DNA of 64,000 bases, from assembly GCA_050950505.1 (NCBI GenBank), contig JBMNHS010000001.1, positions 864,001 through 928,000 on the forward strand, read 5' to 3'. This document shows positions 21,108 to 30,710 of the stretch, piece by piece. Both the position numbers and the translations under genes were made by a program. The notes beneath the pieces are model-generated. The model did no database searches. It had not been told where the DNA came from and saw only the letters and a program-made list of their open reading frames with translations. Every line of letters begins with the position of its first letter. Position 1 is the stretch's first letter. This DNA is from Candidatus Methanomethylophilaceae archaeon. Lineage in GTDB: Archaea; Thermoplasmatota; Thermoplasmata; Methanomassiliicoccales; Methanomethylophilaceae.

Positions 21108-21553
21108 TTAATATCAGCCTCGGGCGATCTAACTACCATTACCGGGCGTTTGGAAGCCTTGACAACTTTATCGGCAACGCTTCCCATAAGAAGTTTGGAC
21201 AGACCGGATCTTCCCAATGTACCCATGACTATAATGTCATGGTCTTCCGATTTTTCCAGAATAACTTTAATCGGAATGCCCTCGGCCAAATCCGGAATCA
21301 CTTCGACCCCGTATTCTTTTCCGAGTTCTTCCGCGAAGGAAAGGGCATCCTTTCCTTCACTTTCCAAGATTTCATAAACGTTCATGATGGCGGTATCCAT
21401 CGGAATGTTCCTGAATATCGTCTGATCGACCACATAGAGGGCGGTGACGACACCGTTGCTGAGTTTGGCGAGCTCCATGGCCGCTCTCATGGCGGCTTCT
21501 GTGTATTTGCTCCCGTCCGTCGGTACAAGAATCTTTTCGAAAACCATCATCAC
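21104..21553 (-). CDS. Universal stress protein (UspA family)
   Basis: KILVPTDGS; [26 protein letters not shown]. Confidence 0.92.
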   Translation of the reverse strand: MMMVFEKILVPTDGSKYTEAAMRAAMELAKLSNGVVTALYVVDQTIFRNIPMDTAIMNVYEILESEGKDALSFAEELGKEYGVEVIPDLAEGIPIKVILEKSEDHDIIVMGTLGRSGLSKLLMGSVADKVVKASKRPVMVVRSPEADIK

Positions 21554-22587
21554 CTTCTCCTTGTCATATTGAAACGCATTATCCGTCCGTTGCTTCCCAG
21601 CATGCCTCTCACGCTTCCGTCATCCGACGGAAATATCGTAATGTCGGCATCAATTCCGGGGTGAAGCCCAATTCCCCTTTCATGATATAATATCTTTCTT
21701 CCGTTCGCAACCAAAGTATCCCAGATTCTTTCACCGGTTCCTCCTTGGGATTTCAGTACGGAAACATATTCCCTGGCTTCTTCCCTCAGGTCCGGAGAAC
21801 ACAGCATGGCGTTGTCCGTTCCGAGAATCGTTTCGTTGTTGCATTCTTCCATCAGGGCCAACGGAGGAGTCAGTCCGAAAAACCGGTTGGATCTGGGACA
21901 AACGACGATGGGCACATTCTCATCGGCGCATCTGACAAGGTCTTTTTTTGTGGCCGAAGCCATATGAACCACGAAGGAAGGAGACAAAGCCAGTATTCTG
22001 TCGATGTCTTCTCTTTTACCTTCGCTGGCGTGTATTGCGAACATTCTGCCTTTGCTTCTGACGTAATCGGCAACGGACTCTATGTACGCATAGGGCATAT
22101 CGCCGATTCCGGACAGCCCGATTCCGTCTGCGGTTTCCAGAATCCCGTCGATCTCATTCGGATCGAACATATCGGAAACCGGACGTCCCATAATGAACGC
22201 TCCGGGAACGGTTTCTCTCAGAAGTCTGCAGCCTTCCGCACCCCCTTCCCTGAAATCGATGAAGGTGCCGATGCCGTTGGTATGGGAAATTTCTGAATAT
22301 CTTCTCATGTTTTCCGAAAGCGTCTCTTTGGATGCTTTTGAAAGATAATCGTGTTTCAGACCTCCGGGACCCACAAGTCCGTCAAGATTCATGTTGTTCG
22401 GAATTTTGACGCCGCAATCGGCACAGTGACTGTGTCCGTTCACGAGAGGGGGCATGACGATTCCTTCAGAAGTCGGAGTTTCAGGACACGGGCCTTCCCG
22501 GATTTCCCTGACCGAGCCGTTTTCAATCAAAACATACCCGTAAACCGGACCATCGGATGTAATCACGGTTCCACTGAAACACTCCAT
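21550..22587 (-). CDS. Amidohydrolase family metal-dependent hydrolase
   Basis: [27 protein letters not shown]. Confidence 0.85.
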   Translation of the reverse strand: MECFSGTVITSDGPVYGYVLIENGSVREIREGPCPETPTSEGIVMPPLVNGHSHCADCGVKIPNNMNLDGLVGPGGLKHDYLSKASKETLSENMRRYSEISHTNGIGTFIDFREGGAEGCRLLRETVPGAFIMGRPVSDMFDPNEIDGILETADGIGLSGIGDMPYAYIESVADYVRSKGRMFAIHASEGKREDIDRILALSPSFVVHMASATKKDLVRCADENVPIVVCPRSNRFFGLTPPLALMEECNNETILGTDNAMLCSPDLREEAREYVSVLKSQGGTGERIWDTLVANGRKILYHERGIGLHPGIDADITIFPSDDGSVRGMLGSNGRIMRFNMTRRR

Positions 22588-22673
22588 GGCACGGGATTAC
22601 CTTCCTGTCCTATTTCTTTTCGGTACAAAGGTACAAATATTCTCTTTTTCTTAATCAGAACGGAGAAAATCTT

Positions 22674-22841
22674 ATGCCTCAAGTCATAAAAGAAAAATGC
22701 ACTGCCTGCGGCGCATGCGCGGACATTTGTCCCCAGGACGCCATCGTAATCGAAGACGTTGCCGTTATCGACAACGACGCCTGTGTCGAATGCGGAGCCT
22801 GCATCGACGAGTGTCCCCAGGACGCAATAGTCGAAGAATGA
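22674..22841 (+). CDS. 2x[4Fe-4S] ferredoxin (55 aa, below the ORF-track cutoff)
   Basis: Hand translation MPQVIKEKCTACGACADICPQDAIVIEDVAVIDNDACVECGACIDECPQDAIVEE*, with two CxxCxxCxxxCP motifs. Confidence 0.95.
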   Translation: MPQVIKEKCTACGACADICPQDAIVIEDVAVIDNDACVECGACIDECPQDAIVEE

Positions 22842-22882
22842 AATCAATTACCGGCTGAAAAGCCGGGTCATATTTTTCCGTT

Positions 22883-23842
22883 TCACGCCCAGTAAGGCTT
22901 TTTGGAGAATTTGTAAGCCATCTGAACGGCGTTGGCCGCTTCACCGCAGGCCGTTATTATCTGCTTGTATTTGCCGGGATAGTCTACAACGTCCCCGCAG
23001 GCGAATATTCCGGTTCTGTTGGTGGACATGTCGAGATCGACCTTCACAAGTCCGCCGTCGGTAAGTTCCAATCCCCATTTGGTCAATATGCCCAAATCGG
23101 CGGTGATTCCTATGTTGATCACTGCAAGATCGGTTGGGATGTCGAACCTGCGTCCGCCCTGTTCCACAGTGACCGATTCAAGTTTGTCGGTGCCGTTGAA
23201 AGAAATCGGAGTGGCGTCCATGACTTTCTGGATGTTGCTCTGTTCCAAAGAAGTGACGTTCATTTCATCGGCTCGGAATTCGGGTCTTCTGTGAACGATG
23301 GTTGTGTCGGTGACGGAATCTGCGATCAAAGCCATTTCTATGGCACTGTTTCCGCCGCCGAACATGGTGACTTTCTGTCCGACCAGTTTTTCCTTCACGG
23401 GCAAAAGATATTCAACGCCCTTTCCGGCGAATTCGTCTTCTCCGGGAATGTCCATTTTTCTGGGGTTGAATTCGCCCATGCCTATGGCCACGACGACCGA
23501 GAGCGTCCTGTATTCCCCTTTGTCGGTGACGATTATAATTTCCTCATGGCCGTCGTTGATTTCCAGAACTTTCTCGAATTCTTTGATGTCACAGCCCATG
23601 TTTTCTGCCTGGGCGTAGAAGCGGTCGGACAGTTTTCTGGCCTGAACAAGCTCAAATCCGGGGAAATTCTGCACCCCTTTTTCAGGATACAGGCCGACAA
23701 GCTGTCCGCCCACCCGCCCGGAGTCGATCATCAAAGTTTTCATCAATTTCGATCTGGCGTAAATCCCTGCGGTAAGCCCTGCGGGACCGGCACCGATGAT
23801 GACTATATCGTATATCATCCAGTCGGGAGATATTGTGTCCAT
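22883..23842 (-). CDS. Thioredoxin-reductase-fold FAD/NAD(P)H oxidoreductase, probably ferredoxin--NADP+ reductase
   Basis: IIGAGPAG, GGGNSA..HRR, IFACGD. The CxxC of true TrxR is absent (GKGVEYLLPV). Confidence 0.8.
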   Translation of the reverse strand: MDTISPDWMIYDIVIIGAGPAGLTAGIYARSKLMKTLMIDSGRVGGQLVGLYPEKGVQNFPGFELVQARKLSDRFYAQAENMGCDIKEFEKVLEINDGHEEIIIVTDKGEYRTLSVVVAIGMGEFNPRKMDIPGEDEFAGKGVEYLLPVKEKLVGQKVTMFGGGNSAIEMALIADSVTDTTIVHRRPEFRADEMNVTSLEQSNIQKVMDATPISFNGTDKLESVTVEQGGRRFDIPTDLAVINIGITADLGILTKWGLELTDGGLVKVDLDMSTNRTGIFACGDVVDYPGKYKQIITACGEAANAVQMAYKFSKKPYWA

Positions 23843-24023
23843 ATAAAAAAATGACTGAAACAAGAGTCGGATTTCTTCGAAAATCGTAAAACAATTACCG
23901 TTTACGTCAAAAAATACAAGATTTTTACCAAACGGTGAACAGTAATCTGCTCATTGCGTAATCAATGTGTCATTCGGTTGAATTTAATAGTCGCTTCGCA
24001 ATATCCGAGCGGAGGTAAAAAAA

Positions 24024-24380
24024 TTGGATTCACTCGGATTTGCCGACGTTCTTTTGAACATGATTCTGGATGAAATTGATGATTTGATCATAATACATGA
24101 TTCATCCCACAATGTCGTATGGATGAACCGTGCCGCTCTGAAAGCTTTTGACAAGACCGGAGACGAAGTCATAGGCAGCAAGTGCTACAGGCTGTTGGGC
24201 CATTCCACCTGCTGTATGGACTGCAACACCCTGACGGGAGGCCCGACCCCCGTCCGCCGCAAGGATCCCAAAATCCTGCCCGGAACCGGAAAGGAATACG
24301 AATGCACAACGGTGCCGTATTACGAGAAGGGGGAGCTTCAACTGGTAGTCCAGCATTTGAGGCCGGTTGCAAACCCATAA
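24024..24380 (+). CDS. Stand-alone PAS domain protein
   Basis: IIIHDSSHNVVWMNRAA...EVIGSKCY PAS signature. Confidence 0.7.
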   Translation: MDSLGFADVLLNMILDEIDDLIIIHDSSHNVVWMNRAALKAFDKTGDEVIGSKCYRLLGHSTCCMDCNTLTGGPTPVRRKDPKILPGTGKEYECTTVPYYEKGELQLVVQHLRPVANP

Positions 24381-24621
24381 ATAGGATTTTCACATTGGTG
24401 GATTCATGAATTTCCTGATTTATTTCGGACCGATTATCGTCGTGTCGGCAAGTTATCTGTTCATTCTGATGGCTTACGACAGACTCAGTAAGAAAAAGGC
24501 CTGATTGCAATTCATTTTTGACGATGGCCGGAAGGTCATATTCAATATCATACAGGAGTAACACCGAGGTAACTTCTTAAATGATATACTTTTGTTACCA
24601 TCTTGTATCCGGAGGATTAAA

Positions 24622-25020
24622 ATGGTAAAAATTCCGAAAGAAGTATCAGAACTTCTGGGTCAGAAAGAAACCGTAAAAATTCTTGTTACGGCAGACAGTA
24701 AGGGACAACCTCACGGAATTGTCTGCGGAAGCATCGGCATAATCGGCGAAGACACTCTGAGTGTCGGCGAAATCTTCATGAAGAGATCTTCCAAGAATAT
24801 GAACGAAAACAAGAAAGTCGCCATTCTCGCGGCCAACGGACCCAAAGCTTACGAAGTACAGGCCACTGTGCTCGGAAGGGAAGACTCAGGGGCGAATCTT
24901 GACGGCCTCAACAAAGCGTTGTCGGCGGCAAATCTGAAAGCCAATGCAGTCTGGAAGTTCAAAGCGGAAGCGGTTTACGACGAAGGCGCCGGACCCAACT
25001 GCGGAAAGAAAATCGCCTGA
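24622..25020 (+). CDS. Pyridoxamine 5'-phosphate oxidase-like FMN-binding protein
   Basis: ILVTADSKGQPH, NMNENKKVAI, GPNCGKKI. GGAGG RBS upstream. Confidence 0.8.
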   Translation: MVKIPKEVSELLGQKETVKILVTADSKGQPHGIVCGSIGIIGEDTLSVGEIFMKRSSKNMNENKKVAILAANGPKAYEVQATVLGREDSGANLDGLNKALSAANLKANAVWKFKAEAVYDEGAGPNCGKKIA

Positions 25021-25122
25021 TTGCGGATTCCGCGGAATTCCGACAAACCCCTTAACAATCCATAATTTATTTTCATGATCTTCTGCAAGCAAATTAAATA
25101 TCATCTTTCTGTTCAATAATCC

Positions 25123-25353
25123 GTGGAAATCAAAAAGACAGTGTCGAACGCCCGCAGATCTTTCTTTCTTTTCGCTGCTTTGGCCTTCATAGGATTGGGG
25201 ATATACTCAATGGGATACAAAGTGCCCGGAGTCGCAGTTCTGGCTGTAGGAATCGGCGGGTTCATGATATCCATGTCCATAATCAAATTCTCCTTCAGGG
25301 TCCAAAGTTCAATCGAAGCCAAGGAAAGAAGGCAAAAAGCAAAACGTAAGTGA
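25123..25353 (+). CDS. Small membrane protein (2 TM), hypothetical
   Basis: Two hydrophobic helices and a basic tail; fills the intergenic gap. Confidence 0.55.
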   Translation: MEIKKTVSNARRSFFLFAALAFIGLGIYSMGYKVPGVAVLAVGIGGFMISMSIIKFSFRVQSSIEAKERRQKAKRK

Positions 25354-25395
25354 TTACGTAAAAGGTTTCAACAGGTTCCGGATTCTTTTAAGAAT

Positions 25396-25602
25396 TCAGT
25401 ATCTGTAACGTCCGCCGCCGCCGCCGCGCCTCTCAGGGGGGCGGTGTTTCTGGAAGCAATCCCTGCAATAAACGGGTCTTCCGTCAGTCGGTTTGAACGG
25501 TACCTGACAACCTTCGCCGCAGTCTGAACAGACGGTATCGAACATCTCGCGAGGCTCGTTCCTGTCTCTATAGTTCCTGTTTCTGTTTTCTCCGTAGGCC
25601 AT
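25396..25602 (-). CDS. CxxC-x17-CxxC zinc-ribbon protein
   Basis: PREMFDTVCSDCG...VPFKPTDGRPVYCRDCF; GGAG RBS. Confidence 0.9.
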   Translation of the reverse strand: MAYGENRNRNYRDRNEPREMFDTVCSDCGEGCQVPFKPTDGRPVYCRDCFQKHRPPERRGGGGGRYRY

Positions 25603-25726
25603 ATTTATTTCTCCTATCTGCTCGGCCCCAATACTACTTCCTAACTCTTTCCCTACAGCGTACAGGGAGCTATATCAGAACGCCAGTGTTTGCATCGTGG
25701 TATTGATTATAAATCTTTGCATGCGG

Positions 25727-26639
25727 TCAGCAATCCGTACAGGACCACATTCCGTTGTAATACGTCATATTCTTTCCGCATTTGGGGCATCTGTGCGCGA
25801 CATCGGAGGTTTTTACGGTTTTGCCGTCCAAGTCGTCAGTGGCCCAACGGATGAGATCAGACAGCCTGTCCGCCCTTTCCGTTTCAACCGCACCGTAATG
25901 TTCCAGATTGTCGGATTCATTGTAAAGGCGGATGTTCATTTTGTTCAATGCGGAAGCGATGTTGTTTCTGACTTTGGTCGAAATGATTTTTTCCGGGTGG
26001 ATGTTTTCTCTGTATCTTACGTCGAGATACTCGATCGACCTGCCGAGAAAGCTATCGAAGGCATCCTCGTTCGGACGCACAGGAAGCGAAAGAATCAACT
26101 CTCTGCGAAGTTCCAGTTCCGGATTTCTGTCTATTATCCGTGAAAGGGTTCTGTGCAATTCGTTTCTCATGGTTCCTTTGACCAGTCCGTAGGATTTTCG
26201 GATCGTGTCAATGTCCTCGATCCGACCGACGGAACCAAGTAAGCCAGCCGCTTTGGAAAATTCATCGCCCGTCCGATACCTTATGGTATTGAGAAGCTCA
26301 GGAATCCTTTCTTCGGCATCGGTGAAAGCAGAAAGATATCCGATGCAGGCGCCGCGGACCCGTTCGGTGTCCGTGATGCCCATTTCACGTATGGTATCGG
26401 CGACCGATGGCTCTTTCACATCAGTGAACAGCATTATGGTTTCGGCCCTGACTCTTTCGTCGTCGTAAGAAAGATAACGTTCGAGAATCGGAGCATACTC
26501 AGGACCTGTAATTGACGACAAGCCACCTGTCTGCCGACACGCCGCCCGGCCTCCCCGTTTCGATGCGGTCGATTCCGCCGATGTACCGTTCAAGATAACC
26601 GGCTTTGCCGGATGATGAACTTCTGCTGCTGGGACTCAC
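25727..26639 (-). CDS. HEAT-repeat protein with C-terminal zinc ribbon, split by a +1 frameshift near 26500
   Basis: HEAT-like ERVRAE/ERVRGAC and CPKCG...WSCTDC. A GTG start coupled to the upstream stop (GTGA) opens a 46-aa frame ending TCC-TGA (26504-26499); the body continues in the +1 frame. Confidence 0.6.
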
Positions 26640-26863
26640 TCGAGGTCTTCCCTTGTCTCCAAGGCCATCCTCAACATTGCGGCCTCTTCTTTGGTAAAGG
26701 TCACCCCTTTGCCCATTTTGCTTCGATCGGGGGACCACTCCCTTATGTCGTACTTAGGTTCGTTTTCGTTCCAGCTGACTATGTTCAATTGTTTGGTCCA
26801 GCCCTTCTGGGATTCCGACAGGACGGCAATTTCTTCAATTATTTCATATTTGAAATCGGACAT
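26636..26863 (-). CDS. YdbC/PC4-like ssDNA-binding protein
   Basis: FKYEIIEEIAVLSES..GWTKQLNIVSWN..PKYDIREW...MGKGVT. Confidence 0.9.
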   Translation of the reverse strand: MSDFKYEIIEEIAVLSESQKGWTKQLNIVSWNENEPKYDIREWSPDRSKMGKGVTFTKEEAAMLRMALETREDLE

Positions 26864-27040
26864 GTTTTCACTTGAGTGTGGATATTATTTATAATATAAA
26901 TACAGTGGCAGATAATATTTTGAAAATCAAAGAAAAATGATATCGACTGACCCAGTACAATTATATCTGGACAGAATCTACGTCATTTCTATAATCTTTT
27001 TTCGAATATGTTATATAATAGTTACCACTGTTTATGATAC

Positions 27041-27652
27041 ATGTCATTCTTTGATAACCCCAAAAATTTTGGACTGGCAGCAATCGTAATAGGTGCTGTG
27101 AGTATGTTAGCGGGAATTGTTGGCATTGTAAAGGGGGTACTCGCGGATCCCATCGCGACAGGTATTGTCGTGGCGGCCGTTGGTACTATCCTGTACGGTG
27201 TCCTGATTCTCGGTGTAGGTTTGCCCGTTTACAAGGGCGAGGAATCCGATAAACTCACCATTCTCGGAATGTTCGTGAGGTTCGTCGGTCTTGCGACGAT
27301 AGTCGTCGGAGTTTTCACCGGTGCAGGTCAGATTATCGATGATAGTCTTGCCGTGGGTGTAACGACGATTGTTATCCAGGCTGTCCTCGGTTTGGTCCTT
27401 ATTTGGATTGCCGGAAGAATTGTTGACGGTTCCGTCGACACACTGGACAGAATCGTTTGGATAATCCTTTTGGTTGTCTTCGCAATTCTTACCGTATTCG
27501 CTCTGGTGGGCATTTTCATCCCGTTCTTCGCAGAACTTGCCGTTCTCGATCTCTTGGTCGAAGTGGTGCTCAGCCTCTGTCAGTTCATCCTGTACGCCTT
27601 CCTCTTGGTCTCCGTTCTTTCGAACGAAGTCAAGTCGGCAATGGGAATGTAA
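27041..27652 (+). CDS. Hypothetical membrane protein (about 6 TM)
   Basis: Hydrophobic throughout; AT-rich TATA-like promoter upstream. Confidence 0.75.
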   Translation: MSFFDNPKNFGLAAIVIGAVSMLAGIVGIVKGVLADPIATGIVVAAVGTILYGVLILGVGLPVYKGEESDKLTILGMFVRFVGLATIVVGVFTGAGQIIDDSLAVGVTTIVIQAVLGLVLIWIAGRIVDGSVDTLDRIVWIILLVVFAILTVFALVGIFIPFFAELAVLDLLVEVVLSLCQFILYAFLLVSVLSNEVKSAMGM

Positions 27653-27823
27653 GTTCACAGAGCCGGAGAAGAATCAAAACCCCTTACCTTACTTTTTATC
27701 ATTGAAAAAACAACTGATTTTCGACAATACTTAAATACCTATAATTTTTAATAACGACGTCGATTGAAAGACAGGATTTACAGAAGTGTCCAATTACATT
27801 ATGGGACTGACGAGTTGATCTGA

Positions 27824-29110
27824 ATGGACGTAGGTCTCGTCGTAGCTTTGACAGCAATAATATTCGTTCTGTTGATTTTCTCAGCATATTTCTCAATGTC
27901 GGAAATGACATTCTCCACCGTCAACACAATCCGCTTAAAAAAATTGGATTCGGAAGGTGAAGTAAACGCCGCCAAGGCAATATCCCTCACCGAGGACTTT
28001 GATAAATTCCTGACTACGGTTTTAGTGGGAAACAATCTTGTCAACATCGCCGCATCAACCACCTGTGCCATGCTGTTCACGGAACAGCTGATGCCGGGCA
28101 ACCCGGGAATGGCAACACTTGCCGCCACGGTGATTATGACCGTAATCATACTCACATTCGGTGAGATACTGCCGAAAACCTTTGCCAAAAGAAATCCGGA
28201 ACATTACGCATTGAAACTGGTCAATTCTCTTTCTTTGTTCGTCACGATTCTGTATCCGATATCCTGGGCATTTGTCAAGATGAGCGCGATTCTCACAAAG
28301 AAGGAAGACGTGGATCCCGCACTCACCCTCACGGAAGATGAACTTGTGGTAATGATAAACGAAATCGAAGAGGAGGGAACTTTGGAAAAGGCGGAGAGCG
28401 ATCTGATCAAATCCGCAATCACTTTCGATGATACGAAACTCTCAGAAGTATACATTCCCAGAGTCGATGTGGTTGCCGTAAGCAAAGACGTGAACATGGA
28501 CGAACTGAAGGACATTTTCATTCACACCGGATATTCCAGAATCCCCGTTTACCATGAAAACATCGATCGCATTGTCGGTGTCGTGAATGCGAAAGACTTC
28601 TACCGAAGATATGTGGAAAACGACAATTTCAACATAATCGACATAATCCGTCAGGTGAAGTTCTTCGATGTATCCACGAACATCGACGAGGTACTCAGCG
28701 TGATGCAGAAAACCAAGGTTCACATGGCCGTGGTCCTGGACGCTTTCGGAGGGACGCTGGGTATCGTGACCCTTGAAGACCTCATAGAAGAACTCGTAGG
28801 GGAAATCTGGGATGAAAGCGATGATATCCTCCTCCCGGTGGTAAGGGAAGCCGACGGTTCGTACACCGTTCTCGGAGATGCCAACATCTTTGATGTAATG
28901 GACGATCTGGGTCTGGATTTCGATCCCGGCGAATATCAGGATTACAACGTAAGCGGATACATTCAGTATTCCACCGGAATGATTCCCAGAAGAGGAACCG
29001 TAGTGGAAACGGACAATCTGATCATCACAGTACTGTCTACCAAAGGACGCCGCGTGAAAGAAGCAAAGTTCGAAATCAAGCCCGCTCCGGAAGAACCGGA
29101 CGAGATTTGA
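27824..29110 (+). CDS. Hemolysin/CNNM family protein (DUF21-CBS-CorC)
   Basis: FSAYFSMSE, LVGNNLVNI, FGEILPK, YSRIPVY, GIVTLEDLIEELVGEIWDE. Confidence 0.9.
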   Translation: MDVGLVVALTAIIFVLLIFSAYFSMSEMTFSTVNTIRLKKLDSEGEVNAAKAISLTEDFDKFLTTVLVGNNLVNIAASTTCAMLFTEQLMPGNPGMATLAATVIMTVIILTFGEILPKTFAKRNPEHYALKLVNSLSLFVTILYPISWAFVKMSAILTKKEDVDPALTLTEDELVVMINEIEEEGTLEKAESDLIKSAITFDDTKLSEVYIPRVDVVAVSKDVNMDELKDIFIHTGYSRIPVYHENIDRIVGVVNAKDFYRRYVENDNFNIIDIIRQVKFFDVSTNIDEVLSVMQKTKVHMAVVLDAFGGTLGIVTLEDLIEELVGEIWDESDDILLPVVREADGSYTVLGDANIFDVMDDLGLDFDPGEYQDYNVSGYIQYSTGMIPRRGTVVETDNLIITVLSTKGRRVKEAKFEIKPAPEEPDEI

Positions 29111-29522
29111 GATATTCTTTCAGCACATCAATAGCCAGCTCTCTTTTTGCGGGATAAGATGCGACTTTACAGATAAATGATACGACGTCCCCTCCGGACC
29201 CTATGACATACTCACCGGACATCGCCTTTTGTTTGTCCAATCTGAAAAAGAAGCTGCAGTCTTCATCGATCCGTTCTTCTATTTCGTCAAGAATCCATTC
29301 AATGACATCCTTTCCGAGTCTGTCGAACAATCCGTCCATGTCCTTTCTCTTGGTGAGTTCGGCTTCAAGAATCAAAGTTCTGTTCCCCATTTCCCCTTCG
29401 GCGACATCAACTTCGTATTCATCGGTGCCAATCAGATTTTCAAACATTTCCGTAACACGGTCTTCGTCTTCTGTGGAGTAAATCATCACTCTGGATTTTA
29501 TCCATCTGAACGCAGGTTTCAT
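29076..29522 (-). CDS. Archaeal RNA-binding protein (COG1325-like)
   Basis: YSTEDEDRV, EGEMGN, FFRLDKQ, KVASYPAKRE. Confidence 0.75.
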   Translation of the reverse strand: MKPAFRWIKSRVMIYSTEDEDRVTEMFENLIGTDEYEVDVAEGEMGNRTLILEAELTKRKDMDGLFDRLGKDVIEWILDEIEERIDEDCSFFFRLDKQKAMSGEYVIGSGGDVVSFICKVASYPAKRELAIDVLKEYLKSRPVLPERA

Positions 29523-30001
29523 TCTTCGGTCTCCGTCTTGTTTTTATTTACGGCTTTGGGTAGAACCGATGCGAGCTCTTCCGCTCTTTCGGAAGATACA
29601 GCGACAACGGTGTTCTTTGTTCTGAACAGAACTCCGTCCACGCATCCGGTGCAGTTGTAATATCTGTATTTGTAATCTCTGAAACTTATTCCGGCATAAT
29701 TTCTGAGTTCGTTCATGACTCCGTAACGGGTGTCCAAAATCTTCTCGATACGGTAACTGCGGACTTTGTAGTATTTTATTACGACTTTGTCCTCATACAC
29801 ATCGGTTTTCAGTACGAACTTACGGAAGAGCACAAACAAAAATAAGGTAATAACAGTGAATACAACAAAAAGCCACCACTCCGTCCATCCGAGAGCCGCG
29901 CTCACAAGGATGAAAATTGTCGTAGGCACAAGTATAGCCATTGTGGCTTTTTCGACTATCGGAGGCACCACGCGAATTCTTTCGCTGAATACGGGTTCCA
30001 T
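29519..30001 (-). CDS. Hypothetical membrane protein (2 TM + soluble domain)
   Basis: Two N-terminal TM helices; stop overlaps the next start (ATGA). Confidence 0.7.
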   Translation of the reverse strand: MEPVFSERIRVVPPIVEKATMAILVPTTIFILVSAALGWTEWWLFVVFTVITLFLFVLFRKFVLKTDVYEDKVVIKYYKVRSYRIEKILDTRYGVMNELRNYAGISFRDYKYRYYNCTGCVDGVLFRTKNTVVAVSSERAEELASVLPKAVNKNKTETEE

Positions 30002-30106
30002 ATTCCCCCATAGGGAGTCGGAGATATTTATTTTCCGTATAATAGGTTCGTCTGGCTGACGGAATGGGAATGTTTATATCATACTTCTTTATTGGTAATT
30101 CTCATC

Positions 30107-30183
30107 GGGCCCATAGCTTAGCCTGGTGGAGCGTCCGGCTGATAACCGGAAGGTCATGTGTTCGAATCACATTGGGCCCACCA
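30107..30183 (+). tRNA. tRNA-Ile(GAT), CCA encoded
   Basis: GGGCCCATAGCTTAGCCTGGTGGAGCGTCCGGCTGATAACCGGAAGGTCATGTGTTCGAATCACATTGGGCCCACCA; cloverleaf, anticodon GAT. Confidence 0.97.
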
Positions 30184-30336
30184 TAACCAAACCCCTTGAT
30201 GAAGATCCGCTCCGATTTTCGTTTTTCCTTTCAATCCGTTCATAATATCTCTTTTGATTCATTCGTATTTTTATTTTGCGGGTCAATGGATGCAACTTAG
30301 AAAGTTATTTATACTTTATACCTCGTAATATCTATT

Positions 30337-30556
30337 ACACGCGCAGAGGTCGCAGAATCGGTAGAACGGTCAAATGTCTCGCAAGACCTGTGTTCGAAGA
30401 TTCAGTGCCCTATACATCGTGAGACGGATAGGAACCGTCGCCTGAACGATACGAAGATTCCCTACTGGAATCATATAATGATTCGGGCCCTCCGGTATTC
30501 CTGATACAGAACAACAAGAGGGTGTATGCAGAATCGTTGTACGGCTCTGCGCGTGT
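30337..30556 (+). ncRNA. Candidate ~220-nt structured non-coding RNA of unknown family
   Basis: 12-bp terminal stem ACACGCGCAGAG/CTCTGCGCGTGT, several internal stems, BRE/TATA-like element about 25 nt upstream, T-rich tract downstream, no ORF. Confidence 0.6.
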
Positions 30557-30710
30557 TGTCGGATTGCTTATTTGAATTTTTATGATTTTATAATGTATCG
30601 AAACAGAGCAAGCTCGATGTTTGAGGGTATTGTCATTTCAACAAAGTAAAAAAAATCAAAGACCTCTTGCTTCGCGTGACGCAAAGCAAGAAGTCTCCAT
30701 AAGTTGTTTT

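Noticed and set aside
24169-24564. 131-aa minus-strand ORF overlapping the PAS gene
   Set aside because: Overlaps a better-supported gene and has no recognisable features.
30337-30556. RNase P, SRP or 5S rRNA identity for the structured RNA
   Set aside because: No GAGGAA-N-UCC/P4 pairing, no SRP helix-8 motif, and wrong size and sequence for 5S. It remains a candidate unknown RNA pending cmscan.
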